From Chlorokybus atmophyticus (taxonomy: Eukaryota > Plantae > Mesostigma and Chlorokybus algae), in NCBI GenBank assembly GCA_009103225.1, contig RHPI01002161.1, positions 107,401-171,400 on the forward strand: a DNA stretch of 64,000 bases, in the 5' to 3' direction. Positions 23,576 to 35,822 of this stretch are shown piece by piece. Positions within the stretch are counted from its first letter, which is position 1. Each line of letters begins with the position of its first letter. A program made the position numbers and the translations under genes. The notes beneath the pieces are model-generated. The model did not search any database. It was not told the origin of the DNA and saw only the letters and a list, made by a program, of their open reading frames with translations.

Positions 23576-26418
23576 GTTATGCAAGCAAGTTACCGCCCGT
23601 CCCTATATGTTGGCGAGGAATGCCCGTAAGTCGAGGCGGTGGTACAATGCAATTATTGTACCAAATTAATGGTACAAAATTGCCATTGCTATAATGACAT
23701 ATATATAATCGTACCATTTGAATGATACGACGATGCCATTGTACCGTTAAGCGTGAATGACTTGAGCAGCCTAGGTCGTTCAACCGCTCAACGCCTTAAA
23801 GTGTTGAACAGGTGAGCGCTGGGCGGCGGCGGCGGCGGCGGCGGCGATGGCGACGGCCTGCATGAAGTAAGCTTGTATGCTGACGTTGTTATGCGCATGC
23901 AAGCTAATTGCCGTTCTTGTCTTTGGGCGGCCCTGGCCAGACCAAACTAGGCCAGGCCAGGACAAACCAGGCCAGGCTAGGCCAAGCTAAGCCAGGCGGC
24001 GGCGGCGGCAGCGGTATGGTAAGCGACAGCATGCGAGTGTGAAGGTTGTGTATGTTGCTGTTGACTGCGCTTGATTAATTGCCCTGTGCTTTGCTGGAGC
24101 GGCGGTGGATAAGGAGCGACGGCGGAGGTGGAGCGCGGTGCATGAGCGCCGGTTTATATTAAGGCCTTAGACTAGGGTAGTAGTAATGGTAGTAGTAGCT
24201 CACAATAGGTAATTTAGATTGCGCTTACATGGTAGTACTTTTATAACTTGCAATATACGTTGTTTCATTAATTTAATTTCAGTCGCCATCTTGCTTGTCA
24301 CGCATTTGAGTATCTAGTCATGAACTGAACGGCATTAAACAGTACCTTCAGACGTACCTATCAATAACGGTCGGTAGGGAACAGGTACCATGAGGTACCT
24401 GTTAGTCACACTGAGTTAGTGTACAGTCACCGGTACACTAACTGTACCTAATTAACAGGTACCGGTACCGGACTTGTTGCACCCATCATGGCAAAATGTT
24501 TCCCGCGCCGGCTGACTCAATATTGGCAACGGCATGCACTTGAAGATACTCACTCTTTGGACTGTCATGGCTTAGTCCACCGAGAATCTCGATACAGGGA
24601 CCTGAGCATAACGGCTGTCACCATCAGTCGGCGGCCGTCTACGGGAAGGGCCTGACCCTAATCGACAGATACCTGTCAAGTACCCATCCGTCAAGCAAAC
24701 GGGACTTAATTCAACTGACAAGTAACCAACCTGTCTCCAACAATAGGTACCGGCGACCGTACACTAACTGATTGTGCCTGACAGGAACCTGATGGTACTT
24801 TAAAAGTACCGGCCATTACTGATGTGTACCATTAAAGGTACCTGTTAGTAACGCTTGGTCATGATTATGTATCACACATTGATTGTCGTTAACTGTGCGA
24901 GACGGTGATAAATAACCAACCTATAATGCCAATAAAAGTTTCTATGCTACAATGTAAAACTCCACTGAGCTACTACTACTACCCTGCTAGTACAACTATG
25001 CTACTACTTTTAGTACTACTACCCTTATACTAAGCTGCCGCTCTTGCACCGCCTAACCACTTGAGCTAGCAGCTCCGCCGCTGTTCCTCGTCCGCCGCCG
25101 CTCATGTAAAGCACACAAGGCGGTTAAGGCAATCAAGCAAGTGCAATCAACAATAACATACACCTACATGCTGTCGCTTGCCATGTATCGCCACCGCCGC
25201 CGCCGCCCCTGGCCTGGCCTGGCCTGGCCGCCCTATGGTACAAAGGGTGGTTAGGCTGCCTGCGTGTTGGCCATTGCCGCCGTTGCCGCTACCACCACCG
25301 CCGCCGCCGCTGCTGCAGCGCTGCTAGCCCCCGCACAACGCTTACAAGTCACTTAAGTCAAGCGTCAACTTGAATTAAGCCGATGAGCGATTGAATTGCT
25401 GCAGAAGACAAGATGGCACAATCGTACCATTGAGATGGTACGATTGTGCCATCGTCACGATGGGAGCATCGCACTATGTCAATGGTACGTTAGATGCATA
25501 TTATGAAAGTCACGACTGCAAGTTGCCGGCAATATGCAGCGACAACTTGTCGCTGCGTTTTTGCTACTTGAAGTAGCAACTGCCGGTCACGTGCTTGTCG
25601 CTAAAAGATCGCTGCCACGCATGACATGCTACGGTTAGGTGACGACCAACAGCCGGCCGGCACCACAAGTCATTTAAAGGGGACCTGCTTGCCACAACAA
25701 GCAGGCCACCGCTATGGCCAGGCTACGATCAACGGTCGGCCGTCACTGCAAAGTGCACGTGCTTGCCATTTCTGCTGCAGGCAGGCCGCCGTTGCTTGTA
25801 TCATCGACCGTCGATTGGCCGTCAACAACAGTCCACAATAGCCGACGGCAGACCCAACAGTTTAAAAGCGACATGTCAGGCACGGTCAGGCACTCGTCAG
25901 TCCCTCAATACCTAGTCAGTCACCATGTACAATTTGCGACGATGGCTGCAGCAGCCCTAGTCGGTGTTTGGCTTGCTTTAGAGATGTTGCGTGACTCTGT
26001 ACACCTATCGACAGCAAAGCTAGACAAGCTGCAACATCTGCAATAGCAACTAGCCGAAATTTCACACCACAGTCGAACAACCTTTGCAATGTCAGGGACT
26101 CGGCAATGGATGTATCACATGTGAGAATGTGCTGCAAAACAGAGTGCATTTGTCTCACCAAATCCGAAGTTGTGCAAGCACATGTCACGTGCACTGCTTG
26201 CTATTATTGTTGAGCGATGGTGCTGGTTGTCATGGATGACCTGTTGGTGAAGCACCTCTCAGTGTCATGTTGTACTTCCAAACCAGGCGTGGATTTGTCC
26301 AGGTGGGCTTTAGATTATGTGGTATAACGCCTTGCACTTGCGGTGCTGCAAAGATAGCTTGCAAACCAAGCATTTGCAAGCGGACTCAAAAAGTTGCATG
26401 TAATAACCATGCGTCTCC

Positions 26419-27200
26419 CTAGCACAGTTGTTCTTGTCCGTGGATGCTGCTTGATTCCTTCTTCAAAGCTCCCATGATGACAGCATGGTAGCAAGGCGCT
26501 AGTGGCACATCGGCAGGTGCCATATGCTCAAGCAACGCTAGCATACGTTGCAAGTTGCGTGGCTTGTAATCAAACAACCGTTTAATGAGAAATGGCCTTG
26601 GTTGCTGCATGAGAGACTGCAAGTGTACCAGCCTACTCGTAGTACGCTTGTAGTCTCTGTAATCAAACGCTCTGCTCCTGTAGTGTGGAGCCCAAGCTAA
26701 TTGCAGCATTAATGATAGAGGTCGTAACAATAGCACGGTCACGCACGCACTCATACGTGCACGAGCAAAGGCATTGAGTGTACGAGGCATACCATCTGGC
26801 ACTTGATTGTACCCTTGTGGTGCTTTTGTGCGCAGGACTTGAATCCAAGCATGTTCACGTTCCCATGCGTCATGCCGCGGTGCCTTACCCACTGGAGTGC
26901 AGCAAACGGGAAAAATGGAACATGCTCCACGGGGAAGATACCCCAAGCTTGTGTCCTTGTACGTAGCATAGCTTGTTCAAGCGGCGATGCTCGCTGCCTA
27001 TTAGCTGCCTGCGCATGCCTTCCTTGAAACGCACATAGGCTGAACGACTGGTCAGTCCCGCATAGTAACGTTTACTACCGATAGGCATATACATAACATA
27101 TATGACATGCCTACACTTAATAGAACCTAACACTTCATTCAAGCGTAAAATTTCAGCTCTTTTCTCACTGATTTTGCTGTAAATGGGGAGCGGGCTAACT
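26419..27200 (-). pseudogene. GIY-YIG endonuclease of the PLE, frameshifted
   Basis: VIYVM...YYAGLTSRSAYVRFKE, WGIFPVEHV and WEREHAWIQVLRTKAPQGYN are spread over three frames. Confidence 0.8.
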
Positions 27201-27507
27201 CGTAATGTGCATGAAGACCACGCCTCTCCACCGTTTTCCAGTTGGTGTTGCCAGCAGCAGCAGGCGGGTGTCATATGGCTGCGGGCTTAGGTTCCATGGC
27301 AGCATGCGTGCAACCTAATGCGGCTACAGCCCCATACTACTACCAACAAACTGCAAATTCAATACAACAATTCACACCACATTTCAGCAATCACAGAGTT
27401 AAACACGTCAAGAGATATATACCTATGGCGGGCATGGTCAAGGGGAGTTAAGCCGCACGCCGGCGCGCTACTTACTACACTAGAATCCGGGGCGCTGCTA
27501 CGGTGTA

Positions 27508-28070
27508 ACATAAGATAAAAAAGAGGGGCCCTCAGTAGCAGCAGTCACAAGCAAGAACACCAGCAAGCACACAAGCCAACCCGCATGCACATCAGGAGTG
27601 GTAAAACACTAAGGTATACAATCACACACGCAGCCTCACAGCGCAGGCCTAAGACAGGCGCGCTCATCTAGTATGTGATTCTCCCAATGTCATACTCATT
27701 CGCACCAGCACACGCATCATCTTATCATGCACAACTAGCAATTTACTTCAATAACAACAACAACAACAACAAACTTTGGAGTTAAGGGGCTGGCTAGCTA
27801 AGTGCATGCCAACCAACGAAGAACGACGATGACGACAGGCCCATCTGTACCTGCAGCGCAAGGTAGCGAGGCACAGAGGGAGAGGAGGAGGAAGACGTTA
27901 GGCCTTGACTCGACTGACCATGACCACGTGCACACAATCAGCCCACGCCGCTCGGCTTGCTGGCGTCATATAGTCCTGTCACAACTCACAACGCAACAAT
28001 AGCTGCAGACCATTTGCACAGTTGTTAGGGCACACATAGCCCTTAGGCACACAAACAGAGCACAAGTCAT
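27508..28070. repeat. Direct repeat copy (PLE 5' pseudo-LTR)
   Basis: Colinear diverged copy of 14718-15280. Confidence 0.85.
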
Positions 28071-28423
28071 ACAAGTCGTACATGTGCTTTTCACACCTCT
28101 CATGTGCGTAATGTCACAAATTGCATTCATAACTTATGTGAGCATACCGTGCTTGCTTTCTTGCATGGTTTAATCTTTGCAACACGAGCATGTTTAATAA
28201 TTGGAACGGCACACCGTGGGTATACACCTTTGTTCTGTAAAACCGATGCTTCAGGCCAACATGTGCATTGTACAATGCCTTGAGTTCACGCATTCACATG
28301 AGCTTGTAACAAGCTCATGTGAATGCGTGTAGTGAGCATTTAGCAACTACACGATTACCATAATAAGTGTTCACGCAAAGGACAAATGCGTGTGAATGCA
28401 ACAATATATGCTTCAAGCTTTGT

Positions 28424-28707
<284 letters not shown>

Positions 28708-30143
28708 AGACCTGACAGCCATTGGAAATATTGCAAGATTTTAACCGTAAAGTATATGCAATGTTGTGTTGCACAATCCCAACTTCAAGTATTATACAAT
28801 TAATTAATACACTAGTATATATTAATTATCAACGTATGATAACATTGTTGCAAACGGCAACACACGTAAACATCCATAATATGTACTTAATGGTTATTAC
28901 TTTAATAACAATATACAAATTATTATTGACACATATACCGCGACAAACGGCCTTGACATCGTAAGTGCCCAATATTGATACGACTTACATGAATTGGGGT
29001 TACCCAAGTAGTACCAGATAATCTTAGACTTCTCAAGTATGCATCCATCACATTCATGTTATGTATGTAGTCTGTCGTAGTGTCATTTGTTGCGCTCATA
29101 TACCAAAAAGACACGTACATTATAATGCACACTCAATAAATTTCATTATTGACATTTTAACAATTTGCTATAACGACCATAAAAGTTAATACATATATGT
29201 TGCATTGATACATCAGGTAAGAAGGCCTATTGTACCTTACTGAAATTCACAACCCAAGGTATGTGATAATCATGTTTAGGTTGTAATGCACGTGTCTCTA
29301 CAGTAATTCTTGTTATAAATTCGTCATGACGTGTCTTACCGGTAGGGGCCCTAAGACAGCCTAGGGCCCTAGGACTTCTCACCCTTTCATCCGTTGACTG
29401 TACCCAGCCAGTATGGAACCGACGACAACCGCAAAACGACCCTCCTGCGACTCCAGTGTAACGGCAGACGAAGCCAGAAGATCCACCTGCGGACGACGGT
29501 AGGTGGGGACTGAATCAGTCAACTGATTCAGTCCCAACCTACTGTGATTCACCTGATTCAGCCTTTTGGTAAGGGCTAGCAGCGTGAACCGTACATGACT
29601 GCAGTTGGTTGGTATGATTTCACTTTTCCGCACCGTCACGTGAGTACAAGAAACCACCACCAGTCTGACGGCCGTGAGGGGATTGTCAACGCAAAAACAT
29701 GACAGAAGTCCTCGCGACCCTCAATATCCCGCCGCTGCACCCGGTTTTGGGAACCCCGGTTTACTGAACTCGGCTGCACGGCGGCGTTTCTTGCTTCATC
29801 GCTTTTCGGCGGTTTCTTGCTTTCTCCCGCATTGGGTTTGCGTGCTAATCCCTGAAATCTGTTTTGGAGATTGCGGCTGCAGCTATTTTGCTTGCTCAGT
29901 GTGTCCCGCGGCGGCGACGGCGGCGAAGTTGTCGTCGAGGTGGCTGGCGGCGTGGGTTGTGTTAGGGACGGTGACCGGGGAGGGCAATTGATCTGGAGGT
30001 GGTCAATTGGTATGATAGGGGTATGGAGTGCACCTCTCGTCGTCGTTGACATTGTCGTCGCTGCCATGGGGTAACGCCGGCGTGAGCACGGCGCCAGCCG
30101 TCGTCGCCGTCGCCGCCGGCTGGGCGGCAACGACACGGGCGTC

Positions 30144-33100
30144 ATGGGATGTGCGGTGTCCAGGCCTGAGGTTGCTGAGGCTGGCGGAGACGGGGCGTTC
30201 TCCGGGAATGACAGACTGGGCGGCGGCGTGTGCCGCCCTCCTGCCGGGCCTGGTGGCAGCGCCGGAGCTGGAGGCGGCGGCGGGGGCAAGGCTGAGTTGA
30301 ACGGCAGGCTTCTGACGCTGAGGACGCAGACGGTGGCGGTGCCGGGCGCAGGTTACACCCTGCGCTACGCCTACGCCTCCCAGCGAGGGTTTTACCCCGA
30401 AACCCCCGACAAGCTCAATCAGGACGCCCTCTGCGCTCATCCCCGGTTTGGCGATGATCCGGACACTCACTTCTTTGGCGTTTTTGACGGTAAGCTGCTT
30501 TGCATAGGCAATGAGAGAGTGATCGCAATTTGCTGTGCACATCGTCGCCAAGCAGTTCGGACAGTGCTAGTGCACGAGTGCTGTGGCTAGTGGAGTCGTC
30601 TGCTTAGGCTGCGAGGTTGATGTTTCCTAGTGTCCAAGAAAATCATTCTTTGACAATGCTGGGTCCCTGTGAGCAATTGGGATGCGTCTCATGATAATGC
30701 CTTGCCTTTAGGATGCTAACTATAGTTCGCTCACAAGCTGTTCCATATCCAATTCATATTGTCGTAGCATTTTCGCCAGGCATATGCAACCTCAGGCGCA
30801 GTGACACAGACAGCATTGTCGCTTAAGAATCCCTGTATGAACACTTTGCAACCTTGCCACACATATTACAGTGTGAGCTTGCAAGTTTGTCTTGAAGTGG
30901 TAGTGCGATTGTACCTTGCAATTTATCAATTGGTTTCCTGGTATTCCTGTCCATGTTCACATCGAGTTTTTTCCCCAGTCAGCACTACATTGTACTGTGT
31001 TTGACGTCAGTCGCGTGAACGCTCGTGTTATGTGTATCGACAGGGCATGGAGAGCATGGCACGCCGTGCGCCATATTCTCCAAAGACAGGATGCCCGTGC
31101 ACCTGCTCAATGCGAAGACGTATCCAGAGCACATGGAGCGGGCGTACTTGGACGCATTCGTGCAGACAAATAGGGAGCTTCACGACAGCTCGGTAGACGA
31201 CAGCATGAGCGGGACGACGGGGATTACCGTGACAGTGCGCGGTCGCAACTTGTTCACGGGCAATGTGGGGGACTCGCGTGCGGTGCTCGCGGAGAGGCGT
31301 GCCAACGGTCGCCTCGCTGCAGTGGATCTTTCCCTAGACCAGACGCCCTTCCGGGCTGACGAGTGCCAGCGCGTGCGCGAGTGCGGCGCCCGCGTGCTCA
31401 CACTGGACCAGCTGGAAGGTCTCAAAGACCCCAATGTGCAATGTTGGGGTGCAGAGGACGAGGATGATGGCGACCCTCCCCGCCTCTGGTCTCCATATGG
31501 GACTTTCCCAGGTACTGCCTTCACACGGAGTATAGGAGACCAGTGTGCCGAGCGCATTGGCGTGCACGCCGAGCCGGAAGTGACCGTTGTCGAGCTCACC
31601 AAAGACCATCCCTTTTTTGTCATCGCCAGTGACGGCGTGTTTGAGTTTCTCCCCAGCCAGAGTGTGATTGATATGGTACGGCGTGTGCACCCTGGGTCCG
31701 AGTGATGCTATGTCCCATGAATGAGACTGCTGACCCCACCCTTGAAATGTCACAGTGGTTTTGTCTGACTGCGCCTGCTGGCAGGTGGCTAAGTATGACG
31801 ACCCGCACAAGGCAGTGACCGCAATTGTTGCGGAGTCCTATCGACTGTGGTTGCAATACGAGACCCGTACGGATGACATCACGATGATCTGCGTGTTTAT
31901 TGACGGCTTAAAGGTAGTATGTATATTGGTGGTTGTAATTCAACCATTAGGACCGCAAGTTGCAAATACCCATGCGCGTGTGTCTTCATGCTGTACTCGT
32001 GCACGCGCAGGATGCACCTGTGAAGCAGGACTTGGTTCCGCAGCAGGTGCTGGACAGGAAAGAGTCGATGGGCCCGCGGCTGTCACAGGCAGGCTCGTTA
32101 CCGATGACCAACAGACCGCCTCGCCGCGGCCTTGCCAAGACGCGCCGAAAAGCCATCAATCCTGCTGTCTCAGACGCGCCGGAGGTGCCTTTCGAGCCGA
32201 AGCTGAACCCGTCGCCCAAGACTCAGGCAGAGCGAGTAAGCATAATCTACAGCAGTGTGGATTGAGTGTACATCTGTTGGGTCTGAGTAGAATTGGAGCA
32301 TGCATTCACATGTGCACACGCACAAGCTCGTACGTACCTAAACGCGATGCGCGCATGCATACAAAATATGCACACACGGTGTGCATATTTTGTAATGTAA
32401 GATGTTGCTCATGGTGGCTTCTGTGTGCAGGACTTTGTTACCAACGCAGTCAAAGGCAATTTCTTGTTCTCCTATCTGTCTGATGACAGCATGAGCATGG
32501 TCATCGACGCGATGACCCGTGTGAATGTTAAAGCGAAAGATGTCATCATCAAGCAGGCAAGCACACCTGGGCTGGGAACAAACCGTTGTACTTGCTGTGT
32601 GCACACACGCGCTCAGCATCAGCATGGATTGACTCTGCGAGTTGTTCCACAGCACGACGAAGGCAACCACTTTTACATTGTGCAGCAAGGTGTTTTTGAC
32701 GTATACATTGCCAAGGTCAGTTGCACAGCAGTTGACTGTGTGTCATAGTACCACTACGCGTGTTGACCAAGTTGATGTGGTGCCAACCTCCTTCATTACT
32801 GCTGTAGGATGGTGAAGGGGGCTATGGACAGCTTGTGCATACGTATGACACTGAAGATGGCGCTAATCACAGCTTTGGTGACTTGGCTCTCATGTACGCA
32901 TCACCGCCTGCATGTATCTTGCATGTTTCTTATTGTGCAAACCTCTTGAACTGAGTGGGTTTCACAAGTCTGAATTGTCCACTTGACCAGGTATGGAAAG
33001 CCGCGTGAAGCCACAGTGGTTGCGAGATCCGATGGTGTGTTGTGGGCGCTGGATCGCGTTGCATTCCGAGGGATTATGAGGCGGTACTCGCCGCAACTTG

Positions 33101-34698
33101 TGCTCAAGGTTCTGCGCTCTGTGCACATACTGGAGAGCTTGACACAGCAGCAGCTGCGCCGACTAGCAGACATACTCACGGAGGCCAAGTACAATGACAA
33201 AGAGTACATTGTGCGCCAGGTATGCTGTGCTTCAAGCAACAAATAAGCATGACGATGTTCATTGTCAGGCATCACAACTGTACAACATCAGCATGTGAAC
33301 TCTGGCACTGTTTGCGTTGATCTTCACACACACGGGCGCACACATTCGCACACACTTTTGCATGCACGAGCTCGAGCGCGCACGTGCAACACTCTCTGAT
33401 TTGCCTAATGTGTGACACAGGGTGATGTGGGTGACACATTCTACATCATCGTTGAGGGTGAGGCCATCTGCACAGTACGAACAAACCCAGAGGATCCCAA
33501 CGACGAGCCGATGATGTTGCAGACATTGCAAGCGCATGATTACTTTGGGGAGAGAGCTCTTCTGCACAACGCCAAGCGCTCCGCTAATGTGATTGCGGCT
33601 GGCCGCGTGGTGTGCTTGTTGATCGGGAGGCGTGCCTTTGAGGAGCTCTTAGGTCCCCTTCAGGCCATCATAGACATAGATCGCCGGTTTCGAGAGCAGG
33701 AAGCGCGGTACCTCAGGTTACGAACCAGTTCATTTGAGCGCGCAACACGCCACAAAGGCCTCGACAATGCAGTCGAAGAGGACTTTGATTGGCTGTTCAC
33801 GTGTTACACCACTGATTGCTACACGGTGGGAGTTGTACAGCACAAGCACACCAGTGAAAGGTACTCCCTGAAGTGCATCTCCAAGGCTCTCGCCGCCAAC
33901 CGGAAAAGGATACCACAGGTCTTGAGAGAAAGGGACATTCATCGCCAGCTGCCTGTCACGCCTTTCGCCCCTAAACCGCTCCTCACCATCAAGGATGAAA
34001 GGCAGCTCAGCATCCTGATGAATGCAACCCTCCTCGGCACACTTGATCTGGTCCTGACTGAGCCGGACTTGAAAGAAGAAGCGGTTCGATTCTACGCTGC
34101 GTCTGTGGTGTTGGCGCTGGAGGCCTTGCATCGTGAGAGCATTCTCTTCCGGGGCATTAACGTGGATATGTGCATGATGGACGAGCACGGCTACCTCCAG
34201 CTTGTGGACCTGCGCTTCGCCAAGGTTTTGAAAGACGGCCCAACTTTCACACTGTGTGGTAACCCGGAGTATGTTGCCCCGGAAATGGTGTCCGGTCAAG
34301 GCCATGACTTCGCCGTGGATTGGTGGGCCCTCGGCGTGTTCATCTACACGCTGCTCGCGCAAGACACGCCATTCCAAGCAGATGATGAGTTGCAAGTCTT
34401 CAAGCGCATCACTGCCGGGGCCGTGCAATACTCAACCAACTGGAGTCGAAACGTGTGCGACTTGCTGTCGCGACTGCTGTGTACGGACGTGACCAGCAGG
34501 CTGGGTTGCAATGAGTTGGGTGTTGAGGGTGTGAAGCGCCACTCGTGGTTCATTGGCTTTGATTGGGACTCTCTCAGCCAAGGGACACTACCTGCACCCG
34601 CGGACGTTATGACAAGGATGCGAGGCGCCATTGACTTCACACGCACGGCACGATTGCCTGCAGAGCCATATGAAGGCACTGATTTTGACGATTTCTAG
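30144..34698 (+). CDS. PP2C phosphatase / two cyclic-nucleotide-binding domains / kinase-like domain fusion protein
   Basis: Starts MGCAVS. PP2C motifs [37 protein letters not shown] and TDDIT; two cNMP domains (FGDLAL...[12 protein letters not shown]...RSANV); AGC-like kinase fold with [12 protein letters not shown] and VDWWALG. Architecture as in the green-plant PP2C-cNMP-kinase family. Confidence 0.93.
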
Positions 34699-35822
34699 TT
34701 GCCGACTCCAACGCTGTGAGATTTCCCTCCACAGAGTTCCTGACTTCTGCCAGGGGTATGATCGGCAATTCATTGTGCATAGATCCATTTTGTAGACTGT
34801 CCCAGCACAGCCTTCGCGTAGTTGCAATAATGATTATCAATCTGGCTTAGCTGTGCCAAACATTGACGAGCTGTTGCCTGTACCTGCCATTGAGCGATTG
34901 ATGAGCTGCATCGTCGTTATACATAATAAAGAGATTATACAACATCATCTGCCATGGCTATCAATGCACACCATAAGCATATTGGTTGACAAGTGCACAG
35001 ACTGACAGCAGACCATTGAGAGCACAGGGATGTGCAACGCGGTTGTTAATGAAATCCTTCTTGGTGCAGTGGCTGACAAAACCTTAAAAGCGGCCCGAAA
35101 GTATGGCGGCAGCAGCGGTGGAGGGTAGGGTAGGTGGCCGTCAGAGTCTGCTAGTCGGCGTGTTTCCGTGTGGAGACAACATTCATGCCGTACAAAGGAT
35201 GCAATGAGGAGTTGTAGCATGCACGGCAGTGTGTAGTATGTGGTGCACACTGGTTAGCAGGTACTATGTGTGCCCCCCCCCNCCTGTGGATGGATGCACA
35301 TTGCATTTTGCCTGAAGTGTTGGGCATTGCCATGGATGACAAATGTGAAGTTACACAACTGCCTCAGCCTGTTGCTACTAGTCGGGAAGCGCATTACGCC
35401 TGTCATCCGAGTATGCAGGCAAGCACCATTGCGTAGTCAGCCGCGGCGTCATCAGCACGCGCGCTCTCGCCAGTTGATTACAAGCCTAAGCGAAAGCAAT
35501 GTATGAGGGGAGGGAGGGAATAACTCGCGCAGTACCATCCAGGAACATTGACTGGCATATCGTTTCCAAAGCTAGCTTGGACTATGCAAGGGTATACTCC
35601 AGCTGACCCTGCACCTGACTTCGCAGCATGTAGCTTGCATGAGGAGTATACAGTATGAATGATGGTGCAGCTCGAGGAGTAGGCCGGTTGATGCACATGG
35701 CAAGGGGATCCACTACCAATGCTAAATCATCAGCCAGAACAATTGCCATCGCAACCTAGTCTTGCAACTTGCAACATCTCAACGCATGCATTCAGGCGCT
35801 ATACGAAAATATGATATGCGCC

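Larger units (their letters stand above)
16266..25927. mobile_element. Non-autonomous TIR/foldback-like DNA element (~2.8 kb after removing the nested Gypsy), probable TA duplication
   Basis: Left end CACGGTGGCTGACAAGGGACTGAGGGACTGACGGGTGCCTGACC matches the reverse complement of the right end, CATGGTGACTGACTAGGTATTGAGGGACTGACGAGTGCCTGACC. TA lies at 16264-16265 and 25928-25929. No transposase ORF seen. Confidence 0.7.
14718..28070 (-). mobile_element. Decayed Penelope-like retroelement (GIY-YIG N-terminal to RT; Naiad/Chlamys-type), interrupted by nested insertions
   Basis: GIY-YIG remnants at 26.4-27.2 kb, a linker HILTCD...LFDCGVKFR at 26.0-26.1 kb, RT remnants at 15.2-16.26 kb, and flanking ~550-bp direct repeats. 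Confidence 0.8.

Noticed and set aside
35283-35440. Apparently exact ~155-bp copy of GlyRS intron sequence (41548-41706)
   Set aside because: It starts at a single N after a poly-C run, so a scaffolding artefact is more likely than a real duplication. Long reads would decide.
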